Of a DNA stretch of 64,000 bases, positions 40,392 through 49,575 are shown in pieces (position 1 is the first letter of the stretch; every line of letters begins with the position of its first letter). This DNA is from Candidatus Poribacteria bacterium (GTDB lineage: Bacteria > Poribacteria > WGA-4E > PCPOR2b), in assembly GCA_965208675.1 (NCBI GenBank), contig OZ242351.1:4544001-4608000 (forward strand), written 5' to 3'. The notes under the pieces were generated by a model. It was not told the DNA's origin and did not search any database. It worked only from the letters and a program-made list of their open reading frames with translations. The position numbers were made by a program, and so were the translations under genes.

Positions 40392-40982
40392 ATGAGAACA
40401 CATGTCCTCCAATTTACGCTGTGCGCAGGTCTTTTTTTTCTTATCGCCGTTGCGGGATACGCGGATGAAGGCAATTTTTTTCAGCGGCTGGATCGGGATA
40501 TATTCGACGCAATCTACGATGAACCGCCCCGGAGCGAGCCGATCGGCACCACCATGGAGGTTGCCACCTATCTTGGTGATAGTAGACTTATGATGGGGGT
40601 TTCTCTCCTTCTAATGGCTTATGGAAATGATGAACATCGTGAGACTGGTAGGCTGATGACTTCCGCATTCATCGGCACGGGCGTAACCGTATGGGGGTTG
40701 AAGGAGATTATCGGACGAAAGCGGCCTCTAGACGATGTGGTCGGTAATCCGGCGTTTCCGTCGGGGCACACCGCATACGCGTTCGCGGGGGCGACGCTCA
40801 TCGGGGCGCGCCATCCCAAACTCCGTATTCCGCTTTACCTTGGCGCGGGTTTGGTCGGGCTCACTCGGGTATATCTGGGCAGGCACTATGTTTCCGATGT
40901 TTTTGCAGGTGCAGCGTTAGGCACCGCAATCGGAGCACTCATCTCGAGTCATCGTGCTAAGTTGTTGGAATGGCGGTTCTAA
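40392..40982 (+). CDS. PAP2-family phosphatase
   Basis: K....R.RP, FPSGH and TRVYLGRHY.SDV motifs; signal peptide. Confidence 0.9.
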   Translation: MRTHVLQFTLCAGLFFLIAVAGYADEGNFFQRLDRDIFDAIYDEPPRSEPIGTTMEVATYLGDSRLMMGVSLLLMAYGNDEHRETGRLMTSAFIGTGVTVWGLKEIIGRKRPLDDVVGNPAFPSGHTAYAFAGATLIGARHPKLRIPLYLGAGLVGLTRVYLGRHYVSDVFAGAALGTAIGALISSHRAKLLEWRF

Positions 40983-41205
40983 TCGCAGAATTTTTAAGCT
41001 GTCCTCAGATTTCGAGACGTTTCGAAACGGCATTCGCCCGATGATGAACACGATTCATAAGGTTAAATTAGCACGGCAAGCGAGCTAGATACACTTGCCA
41101 ATATAGGACTGAGCGTATCCTCTTACGAATCGAGCAAATCAACTATGCGGAATGGCGAAATGCGGAAAGCCAACCATTTCGTTTCATGGATGTTGTGTTT
41201 CATCA

Positions 41206-41586
41206 TTAAGACGCTCTAAGCGGAATAACCGGCAGCCCGAATCGATTTGCGTCGTCCGTGCCCCGCATGAATCCTAGGAACACAACTAGGAAGAAAATGC
41301 CGTAGACTGGGATAAGCACCGTTAAACACCACCACCCCGATTTGTCATGGTCGTGGCATCGCTTGACCGACACAGCAATCATGGACCACAACATCAAGAC
41401 GCACGCAATAAACCCAATTATTCCAAAAAGCAGAACGGAATCAATAAATTGCACGATAAGCGAAACTAGAATTATCGCAATCCATCCCAACCAGAAATGA
41501 CCTCTGCCAATTCGCCCGTCGAGGCAAAAGTACAGGTGTGCGAATTTGTCCGGCGTGTCGTAACTCGAATCGTGTTGCATCGTCAA
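41206..41586 (-). CDS. DUF805 membrane protein
   Basis: GRIGR..FW, VKR.HD.DKSGWW and G....NRFG. Confidence 0.88.
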   Translation of the reverse strand: MTMQHDSSYDTPDKFAHLYFCLDGRIGRGHFWLGWIAIILVSLIVQFIDSVLLFGIIGFIACVLMLWSMIAVSVKRCHDHDKSGWWCLTVLIPVYGIFFLVVFLGFMRGTDDANRFGLPVIPLRAS

Positions 41587-41671
41587 ATTGTTAAGTACGT
41601 TTAGGTGTGAACATTGACCTGGGATATTCGTGTTCTATTCAAGGCATTCTCGATGTAGAGCAAAGCGGAAT

Positions 41672-42481
41672 TTACCTTTGCGGCGAATTTTTTATTTCAC
41701 CCCACGTCGTGGTCAAATGCTTTTCAAGATCAACACGTCGCGGGCCAATGTTTGGAATCTGCGGACCAGTAATGGCAATGTCGTCAAGATGAACGGTCAG
41801 GTGACTTTGCGACCAAAACCTTACTGTGCCCGGGCCGGCCTTTACATCGCTATATTGCGTTACGAATTGGTCGTCGAAATAAAATTCAAATGACTCCTCA
41901 TGAGCCACGATTTTGATTGGGATCCATCGATCCCATATGGGTCGTTCGAGATTTTTCCGGCGTATTTCTGCACGGTGAACAAGGCCCATCTGTTGGGGGA
42001 ATCCTGCAGGGGGTTCAACTGGTTGGATAGTCGAGACACTTAACCTCTGGAGGCGGTCGTTGTGTATCAACATGACTTGTAAGTTTTCCAGGCGGATTGA
42101 CCGGCGGGGGTCTACTTCAACCACATCGCCCTCGCTGTATCGGACTTGAATTGAGAAAATTGACGGCGGCTCTAGATTGACGTGTGATTTAAACCTAATT
42201 CGACAGGCCAGCGTATAAGAATCCCAACGTTCCGAATTGCCCGTGTTTAATTTCAGAATTACCGAATGCCGCTGTCCATTGCGAACAGTGTTGATAACCA
42301 AATATCCATTTTCGATTGTCAAAAAATCGTTAACGGGGTGCCATGGCGGCCCCGGAGCAGTTTCAATTTGCCATTGGTCCAGGTTTCCATTGTTGAAATC
42401 TTCCCGAAACACGCCGGCGTGTGCCGCTATGACCGGTAATACCAACAATAACAATGCTATTACTACCCGCGCCGTTTTCAT
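41672..42481 (-). CDS. Secreted beta-rich hypothetical protein with TTWGEIK tail
   Basis: Signal peptide ending AHA; FREDFNNG start and HLDDIAITGP near the end; ends VDLEKHLTTTWGEIKNSPQR; GGAGG RBS. Confidence 0.75.
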   Translation of the reverse strand: MKTARVVIALLLLVLPVIAAHAGVFREDFNNGNLDQWQIETAPGPPWHPVNDFLTIENGYLVINTVRNGQRHSVILKLNTGNSERWDSYTLACRIRFKSHVNLEPPSIFSIQVRYSEGDVVEVDPRRSIRLENLQVMLIHNDRLQRLSVSTIQPVEPPAGFPQQMGLVHRAEIRRKNLERPIWDRWIPIKIVAHEESFEFYFDDQFVTQYSDVKAGPGTVRFWSQSHLTVHLDDIAITGPQIPNIGPRRVDLEKHLTTTWGEIKNSPQR

Positions 42482-43120
42482 TGGAATTCCTCCCTATTAG
42501 GTGCGTTACCGCGTATTGGCTTGGTGAGTGATGTTGAACTCCGCACGTCACGTGCAGTTTTTTGACTTATTGTCAAATGGCTTCTCAATAGTCAACGGAG
42601 TTCCTAACTCGCTGCACACCTAAACTGGCATCAACGTTAGGTATTTCATGCCGCACCACCTACAATTGTAGGGGATTTTGACCCCATCGTCAATTGCGTT
42701 AACCCCGACAGCGAAAACAAGTCACTTCGGTTGGGAAAGTAGTGCAAACTATATGCCAGCGCAAAAAGACCTTGAATAGTGGGTTGAATGCAATTACCGA
42801 AATTCGTAAGTATCACGGGTAGCCGGCCGCGAGAAAATTCTGGCCAGGGAACATAACCATGGCATTTCTGTATCGTTTTTGCAACAATACGTACATTTTT
42901 GCCACACATCGACCTGTTTTTTTTACAGGACTATCGCTACGAGTAATTTGGGACGAGGGAAACCTACCCGGGTTTTTTTGTATGATTGCCCGCGTGCGCG
43001 GTGGGATTCGGGCGGTTGACAGTCGAATGGGGATGTGATAATCTAATTGAATCGCATGTATAGATCGCAGTCGCTAGAAAACTAGTGAAGTCTATCGCAC
43101 TCACTATTCGCTCCTTTGAT

Positions 43121-43222
43121 CGTCGGGTTTCGCTACGCCGTGGAGATTTTGTAACAGAATACGGGTTTGACGGTCACGCGGCATATGTAACATGTTTCAC
43201 GAACCCGCTCTACCCAACCTAC
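43121..43222. repeat. ~100-bp REP-derived element, copy B
   Basis: Homologous to 40252..40354; ends ACCCAACCTAC like the right arm of 29732..29990. Confidence 0.75.
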
Positions 43223-43280
43223 AGGAATTTAGCCCAACCGAGGAAGATTACAACTGCATTCAGAAAGGGATAGAGTATAG

Positions 43281-45974
43281 ATGAATTTGATGCAATTGCA
43301 ATGCATTATTGGAATTTCAACATCGCTTTCTTTTTGGCTTGCGATAAACAGTGCCGCATTCGGGGGGTTGACGTTGGACGATCTGTTCCCGACCGACCGG
43401 GTGTTGGACGTGCAGATTACCGTTGCGGATAAGGATTGGGATACTATTCGCCATCAGCGGCGTGATTTTCGATCGACATTGCACGAAAGCCGCAGAGAGG
43501 CGCCGATTGATTCGCCCTACACCTATGTCGACGCCAGCGTGACAATTGACGGAGTAACTTTCCCCGAGGTTGGCCTTCGCAAAAAAGGGTTCCTTGGATC
43601 GCTAAACTCGGAACGCCCTTCGCTCAAGATTAGACTCAATCACGTTGACAAAAACGGCGGCATTGAGGGCTTGACCAACCTGACGTTGAACAACAACCAA
43701 CAAGACGCGGGTTTGGTGAGCCAGTTTATCGGGTACGCGCTGTTTAACGCCGCCGGCTCGCCCGCGCCGCGGTGTGCTTTTGCGAGTGTGAACGTGAACG
43801 GCAAAAACTTGGGGGTTTATTCCCATGTTGAAACGATTCGGAGATCGCTGCTGGATCGGGCGTTCGGCAACAGCGACGGGACGCTTTATGAAGGCCCTTA
43901 CGTGGATTTTTACGAAGGATGGGAAGGCAGTTTCGAGCACAAGACGGGGGATGATTCGGTCGGACGAGCGCGTATCGGCAACCTCATCAGGGTACTAATG
44001 GGCGATGACGAAGGTATTGACCGGGCGATTGGCGAGTACGTCCATCTCGATTCGTTCTTCACGTATTGGGCATTGGAAGGGTTGCTCGGTTTTTGGGACG
44101 GATACTCCGGCAACAGCAACAACTATTTCATTTATCTGAACCCCGCGACCGACAGGTTTCACTTTATACCGTGGGGTGCAGATTCACTATTCGTCAAACA
44201 CAGCAAGCTAGAGCATGACCGACGCGCCCCAATTTCTGTCAAGACACAGGGGTTGATGACCCACAAGCTGTATCAACTCGAGTCTGCGCGAAAACGTTAC
44301 GCCGAAACGCTTACGGCAATTATGGACAAACATTGGAATGAAGCGGAGTTGCTTGCGGAACTGGATCGGATTGAAACCATGGTCACGCCGCATCTGATTG
44401 AGTCCCAGCGCTTCTTTTACGATGACGACAAACAAGAGGAGGGAGTCTACACATACGCTCAAGCATTGGACGAAACGCGAGATTTCATCCGCCGCCGCCG
44501 TACGGAGATAGGCGAGGAGACTGCGGACGGAATGCCGGAGTGGCGCGCAGCGCCAAAGGAACTATTTGTCATTGATGACGACGACATGTTCAAACCGAAA
44601 CCCGATTCGATTTGGCATGCGGTGCACACCGGAAACACGGCAGCCATTAAGCGGTACCTAGCTGACGGCGTAGATGTTAATACTAAAGATGGCAAATTTG
44701 GGGTGACACCGTTGGCGTGGGCGGTACTTGGGCGGCAGATTGACGCGGTCGAATTGCTCATCCTGAAAGGCGCCGATATCAATGCAAAAAATAACGACAG
44801 CTTCACACCATTGCATACGGCTGCATTTCTCGGTGAATACGAAATTGCTCAATTATTAGTAAATAACGGCGCTGACGTCAACGCCACGAATGAAGATGGC
44901 GATGCACCGATGGACAGCTTGGAACTGGATTGGGAAACAACCGAAGCTATTGCCGAATGGATACAAATTGAAGTTGACCGCGCGAGTGTTGGACGGGGCA
45001 GGACTAGAATCGCAGCACTGTTAAGGCAGCACGGTGCCCGAGCCGCTAACCCGAATCGTGATGCCATCTGCGATGCGGCTAGGACTGGAAACATGGAAAA
45101 GATTGAGGCGCATTTAGCTGAAGGGGGTGCGAATCCTGATGCCGGAGACAGAAAATTTGGGGTGACACCTTTGTGTTGGGCGGCACTGGGCGGCCACACG
45201 GGAATCGTTGAACTTCTCATTCAGCACGGGGCGTCCGTGGATGTCAGAAATCGAGACGGAGCAACGGCGTTGCACGGCGCGGCTTTTCTGGGGCGGATCA
45301 AGGCAGCGGAACTATTACTCAAAAGTGGAGCGGAACCGGATGCACGAAATCACCGAGGCGAGACACCGATGAACGGTTTGAATACCGATTGGGAGACTAC
45401 GCAATTTCTCGCTGGCCTGTTAAGTGTTGAGATAGACCGGGAAAGCGTTGAGCGCGGCAGGGCTCAGGTTGAGGCGTTACTCCGACAGCACGGGGCTGGC
45501 AGCGCAAACCGCACTATTGACGAACTATACGGCGCGGCTAGGAACGGGAACATTGATGCTGTTAAGAGATATTTGGCCGATAGCGTAGATATCAACGCGG
45601 GAGATACCAAATACGGGGTGACACCGTTGTGCTGGGCGGCATTTAGCGGCCACACAGAAATAATTGAACTCCTTATTGAGAACGGCGCCGATGTGAACGC
45701 CAAGAATCGAGATGCCGGAACTGCGCTACACGGCGCCGCATTTCTCGGAAAAGCTGAGGTCGCAGCACTATTGATTCAGAATGGTGCTGACACACATGCC
45801 AAGCATGAGAGCGGCGACACACCGATGGATAGCGCGAACGTCGACTGGGGAACTACCCAGTTTATTGCCAGCCTGTTGGAGATTGAGGTTGATCGCGAAG
45901 CGGTTGAGCGCGGCAGGGAGAGGGTGGTTGATATTCTTCGCGATCACAACGCCAAACGCGGTAGAAAAGAGTAG
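43281..45974 (+). CDS. Secreted CotH-kinase-family protein fused to three ankyrin-repeat modules
   Basis: CotH motifs VGLRKKG, PSLKI, LTLNN, PAPR, LGVY..VE, WDGY...NNY..Y and IPWG.D; C-terminal half has GxTPL/TALH.AA ankyrin repeats in three ~150-aa blocks. Confidence 0.88.
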   Translation: MNLMQLQCIIGISTSLSFWLAINSAAFGGLTLDDLFPTDRVLDVQITVADKDWDTIRHQRRDFRSTLHESRREAPIDSPYTYVDASVTIDGVTFPEVGLRKKGFLGSLNSERPSLKIRLNHVDKNGGIEGLTNLTLNNNQQDAGLVSQFIGYALFNAAGSPAPRCAFASVNVNGKNLGVYSHVETIRRSLLDRAFGNSDGTLYEGPYVDFYEGWEGSFEHKTGDDSVGRARIGNLIRVLMGDDEGIDRAIGEYVHLDSFFTYWALEGLLGFWDGYSGNSNNYFIYLNPATDRFHFIPWGADSLFVKHSKLEHDRRAPISVKTQGLMTHKLYQLESARKRYAETLTAIMDKHWNEAELLAELDRIETMVTPHLIESQRFFYDDDKQEEGVYTYAQALDETRDFIRRRRTEIGEETADGMPEWRAAPKELFVIDDDDMFKPKPDSIWHAVHTGNTAAIKRYLADGVDVNTKDGKFGVTPLAWAVLGRQIDAVELLILKGADINAKNNDSFTPLHTAAFLGEYEIAQLLVNNGADVNATNEDGDAPMDSLELDWETTEAIAEWIQIEVDRASVGRGRTRIAALLRQHGARAANPNRDAICDAARTGNMEKIEAHLAEGGANPDAGDRKFGVTPLCWAALGGHTGIVELLIQHGASVDVRNRDGATALHGAAFLGRIKAAELLLKSGAEPDARNHRGETPMNGLNTDWETTQFLAGLLSVEIDRESVERGRAQVEALLRQHGAGSANRTIDELYGAARNGNIDAVKRYLADSVDINAGDTKYGVTPLCWAAFSGHTEIIELLIENGADVNAKNRDAGTALHGAAFLGKAEVAALLIQNGADTHAKHESGDTPMDSANVDWGTTQFIASLLEIEVDREAVERGRERVVDILRDHNAKRGRKE

Positions 45975-46024
45975 GCGCAGGGCGCGTTAGTCCCGCAGCG
46001 GATGCGCTCTATGTCCGTCTGTTA

Positions 46025-46792
46025 CTATGACCGATACGCATTTGTTGTGCTAAGGAAGTCACGCACGCTCGGCGGGACGAGGCTATCGATTGAATCACCC
46101 CGTGCAATTTGTGTACGGATTTGGGTCGAAGATAGTTCGGCATAGAAACAGGGCAACTCAATCATGTCTATATTCTCAGCGAAGGCACGAATTTCCGGCT
46201 GCTCTAGGAATTTGTTCACTGCGTCCGCATTCTCACTCTCACGGTTGGCGACAATTAGGCGGCATCGATCGAAGAGGAACTCCAGCGCTGTACTCATATC
46301 GGTGTAATATTTGGGGTCGAAGATTCGTACGAACGTGTCGTAACCGACGATGAACGAGAAATAAGTGTTGGGCGGATAGACAGCCTCCAACACACGAAGT
46401 TTCTCAATGAACCGACCGTGGCTACAGGCAGCCACCGAAACATCTTCTCGGCTGACGGCATACAGCTTGAGCATCAACAGGCGATCCGCCAGAGACAGCC
46501 CAAACACATTTTTATCGACGTTCGCCTTCGCTAAGAGCAAGACCGTTTCCTGCAGATTGAAATTGGCGGCGGCGGTTGCGATCATTTTGGCGTGGGCTAC
46601 AGTGAGCGGATTAAATGAGCCTGAAAAGATGCCGAGTTTGCTCCCGCCCGCCACGATGCGTTTTGAGGCGCGGTGCACCCAGCGCACTTGCGGTTCGCCG
46701 TGATGTTGGAGTTGGCCGAGGAGTTTTTTAAGACGGTTGTATTCATAGGCGTAATCTGCGTATTGCGCGAGACTCACAGTTAACTCCGTCAA
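46025..46792 (-). CDS. Nicotinate/nicotinamide-nucleotide adenylyltransferase-like protein
   Basis: GSFNPLTVAH, F.VG.DT..R..DPKYY, V.NR and LSST.IR motifs. Confidence 0.78.
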   Translation of the reverse strand: MTELTVSLAQYADYAYEYNRLKKLLGQLQHHGEPQVRWVHRASKRIVAGGSKLGIFSGSFNPLTVAHAKMIATAAANFNLQETVLLLAKANVDKNVFGLSLADRLLMLKLYAVSREDVSVAACSHGRFIEKLRVLEAVYPPNTYFSFIVGYDTFVRIFDPKYYTDMSTALEFLFDRCRLIVANRESENADAVNKFLEQPEIRAFAENIDMIELPCFYAELSSTQIRTQIARGDSIDSLVPPSVRDFLSTTNAYRS

Positions 46793-46860
46793 ATCGGAAT
46801 CGATATTAGATGATTATTCCGGGGCGGTGTTGCTCTTTTCCAGCCGAATTTTCGTACGGC

Positions 46861-49575
46861 TCACGCTTTGCGTTTAGCGGGTTTATGAAGGATTAACTGC
46901 GTGCTATCTTCGCGCGCCAGAATTTCGAAGAACCGTTTGGCGGCAGGATAATCTTCGGGGGAAATGACTCGATTCACGAGCGTGAACTGGAGGATATAGC
47001 GAATCTCACGCCCTTCCAACTCGTAACGTCGATCCATACTAGCAAAGCTATGCTCCACCCGGAGGTTTTCCGGGAGGATAGCTGACCATCCCTGCGGCAA
47101 GGCAATACGCACGGTCTTCTGCATTTCAAACGGATAGCTAAACTCGAGCGGATGGCTTCGTTTACTCGCCGCAAAGAGTTCAGCATAATCCGTGAACTCG
47201 CCGCTCGGCAACGGAAAGAGCAGCGTTCCGTTGATCTGCTTAACATATTCTTCGACGGCAAAATCGATTTCGACCTCAACCGGCAGGTTGAGATTGTTGA
47301 GATCGGACATTGCCACACGATTAACCACGACACCGGGAAACTGCGTGCTGAGTTCCCCCGCAAAGGTATCCTTCAAGGCGTTAGGGTGGACGGGGCTATA
47401 GTGCAAGCGGTTTTCGATGTTGTATTGACCGCTAGTTTCGACGTGCATCTTGCCGTGAAGTTCGCCATTTTCACTTAAACTGAGTTCCGTATTTACAATG
47501 AGTTTGTTGGATTCGGGGGGAAAAGTGGGAATATCAACGAATTCGCCTCTGGTTTCTCCGATTATGAAGCCTTTGCGCCCTTGATCGCTCGCAGGTAAAT
47601 CTCCGAAACTACAGACTTCCGATGTTGCGTCCAGCCAGATATAGCTGCCGCCATCTTCCGGAACTGCGGCGATGACGTGACTGAACTGGCCGAGCGACGG
47701 GATTTCATCATCAATCCGCTCATAGGGCGTCGGATTAAGCAGCACCGGAAACGCCTTCATGCCGATGATATTGAGCATGGAAATTAACAGTGTGGTTTTA
47801 TCCTTGCAATCTCCGTACCGCATTTGAAACACTTGACTCGCGGGTGACGGCTGATAGGCGCCTTGCCCCAACTCGATACCGACGTACCGAATCTGCGACG
47901 CGACCAGATGATATAGCGCCTGGATTTTTTCTGATGGTGCTGTAAGACCGGCTGTAACAGCGTGCACGGCTTTTACGATGTTGCCATCGGCATCGTACCG
48001 ATCCTTTGCGAGGTCTTTGTACCAATTGTAGACGACGTCCCACGACTTCACCGAAGAGTAGGTGAGACGCGGCACGATATCTTTTGTTGGCGGCATACCC
48101 ACTTCTTCCACAAGCCCCGGCGTTTCGCCATAGTTCCAGATGTAGGTGCTTGCTTCATCTTCATGAGCCACTTGCGGATCGAGTTGGCAATTTACGGCTT
48201 TCCACCGAAAGTGGGTATCGTTAGGGATACGCAGCGCATAGGTGGACCGTAGCGTTACGTGCGACGCTTGAAAATTGAAATCCCCCCAAAACCATGTTTC
48301 GTTTTCCGCTGTTTGTGTGCCGGTGTCTTCAAGCGTGACCTGAAATTCGATGCACACGCCGGGTTTGAGTGCGGGCATCGAGATTACTTTCCACATGGCA
48401 TCCGAATAGAGATTGTAGGAGAGCAACCCCGGCGGGGTCACATCGTTGTAAGCTTCATCGAGCGGTTCAACCACCGATCCATCCGGTAAAATTGTGCGTG
48501 CAATATTGATGGAGATGTACTGCGCCAACGGGTTGTAAGGGATAGCGATGTCATCATATTCCTGCCTGCCTCTTTCCGTCAGGATTTTGACCACTTGATG
48601 CGAAGTGTATCGGGATTTACCCGTAGGTAACACGTCATGGCTGAACTGGTTGAGCAAGAGGATTACGTCAGCGGCGGGGTAAACTGCTGCGTCCGGAGCA
48701 CCCGCGATGATTGCGTCAATGTCGGTGTGGATGAGTTCCACCGGGGGTACGTCAGTCGTCGTATAAGCAGGTGAATTAAGCTGGGATAGGGCTTGGAGCC
48801 GCGCTGGCGCGAGTAGATTGTCCGGTTCGACGCGCAGAATTTCGTAATATTGGAGTTCTGCCTCGTAGTAACGCGCTTCGTCCTCATAGATTGAAGCGAG
48901 TTGTTGGCGCGCCCACACGTCGCCGGGAAAAAGGCGAATTGACTCTCGAAACTCGGCGATGGCTTCACCGATCTCGCCCTGTTCGAGGTAAATCAACGCA
49001 AGGTAGTTATGTGTATTTTTGCTCTCTGACCGCTCAGATTTCGGGTCGATTTCCAACGCACGGCGTAGAACGGTTTCTGCCTCATCTAGGCGATGAAGTT
49101 GTTTATAAGCCAATCCTAGGTGGTTAAGCGTGTACAAATTGCGGGGGTCAAGTTTCAATGCAGCTTCATACGCTTTTGCGGCAGCTTTGTAGTTGTTAAG
49201 ATTCTCGTGGACATATCCGAGATAATTTCGCGCGATGACGTTTTTCGGGTCGAGTTTTAACAGCGTCACAAAGGCGTCGCGCGCTTTTTCGTATTCCTGA
49301 CGTTGAAAGTGGATTTCTGCAATTTTAAGCTGCGGCGCGCTCGACCTCGGTTTGATTGCCATCGCCGCGCGATAGGCTTCGATTGCGCGATCGAAGTCTC
49401 GATTTTGGAACGCCCAGTTTCCACTGTCAATCTGTTTCTGCCATTGTCGATTCCGATCGACGATTGGATCGACAATTTCCACTTCAGACGACCGGTTCCG
49501 CGAGAAAAAGGCGCATCCACCAAGCACTAGGGCAAACATGACAACAGCTACGTACTTCAACCATGGAATAATCAT
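46861..49575 (-). CDS. Lipoprotein: TPR repeats + DUF3857 + transglutaminase-like domain
   Basis: Lipobox LGGC; N-terminal TPRs; IRYVGIELG, YGDCKDK, FSHVI and WLDAT (Cys-His-Asp triad). Confidence 0.88.
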   Translation of the reverse strand: MIIPWLKYVAVVMFALVLGGCAFFSRNRSSEVEIVDPIVDRNRQWQKQIDSGNWAFQNRDFDRAIEAYRAAMAIKPRSSAPQLKIAEIHFQRQEYEKARDAFVTLLKLDPKNVIARNYLGYVHENLNNYKAAAKAYEAALKLDPRNLYTLNHLGLAYKQLHRLDEAETVLRRALEIDPKSERSESKNTHNYLALIYLEQGEIGEAIAEFRESIRLFPGDVWARQQLASIYEDEARYYEAELQYYEILRVEPDNLLAPARLQALSQLNSPAYTTTDVPPVELIHTDIDAIIAGAPDAAVYPAADVILLLNQFSHDVLPTGKSRYTSHQVVKILTERGRQEYDDIAIPYNPLAQYISINIARTILPDGSVVEPLDEAYNDVTPPGLLSYNLYSDAMWKVISMPALKPGVCIEFQVTLEDTGTQTAENETWFWGDFNFQASHVTLRSTYALRIPNDTHFRWKAVNCQLDPQVAHEDEASTYIWNYGETPGLVEEVGMPPTKDIVPRLTYSSVKSWDVVYNWYKDLAKDRYDADGNIVKAVHAVTAGLTAPSEKIQALYHLVASQIRYVGIELGQGAYQPSPASQVFQMRYGDCKDKTTLLISMLNIIGMKAFPVLLNPTPYERIDDEIPSLGQFSHVIAAVPEDGGSYIWLDATSEVCSFGDLPASDQGRKGFIIGETRGEFVDIPTFPPESNKLIVNTELSLSENGELHGKMHVETSGQYNIENRLHYSPVHPNALKDTFAGELSTQFPGVVVNRVAMSDLNNLNLPVEVEIDFAVEEYVKQINGTLLFPLPSGEFTDYAELFAASKRSHPLEFSYPFEMQKTVRIALPQGWSAILPENLRVEHSFASMDRRYELEGREIRYILQFTLVNRVISPEDYPAAKRFFEILAREDSTQLILHKPAKRKA

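Noticed and set aside
42646-42909. 87-aa ORF in the divergent intergenic region (also 12104..12382 and 16305..16688)
   Set aside because: No clear RBS, atypical composition and no recognisable motif; likely non-coding.
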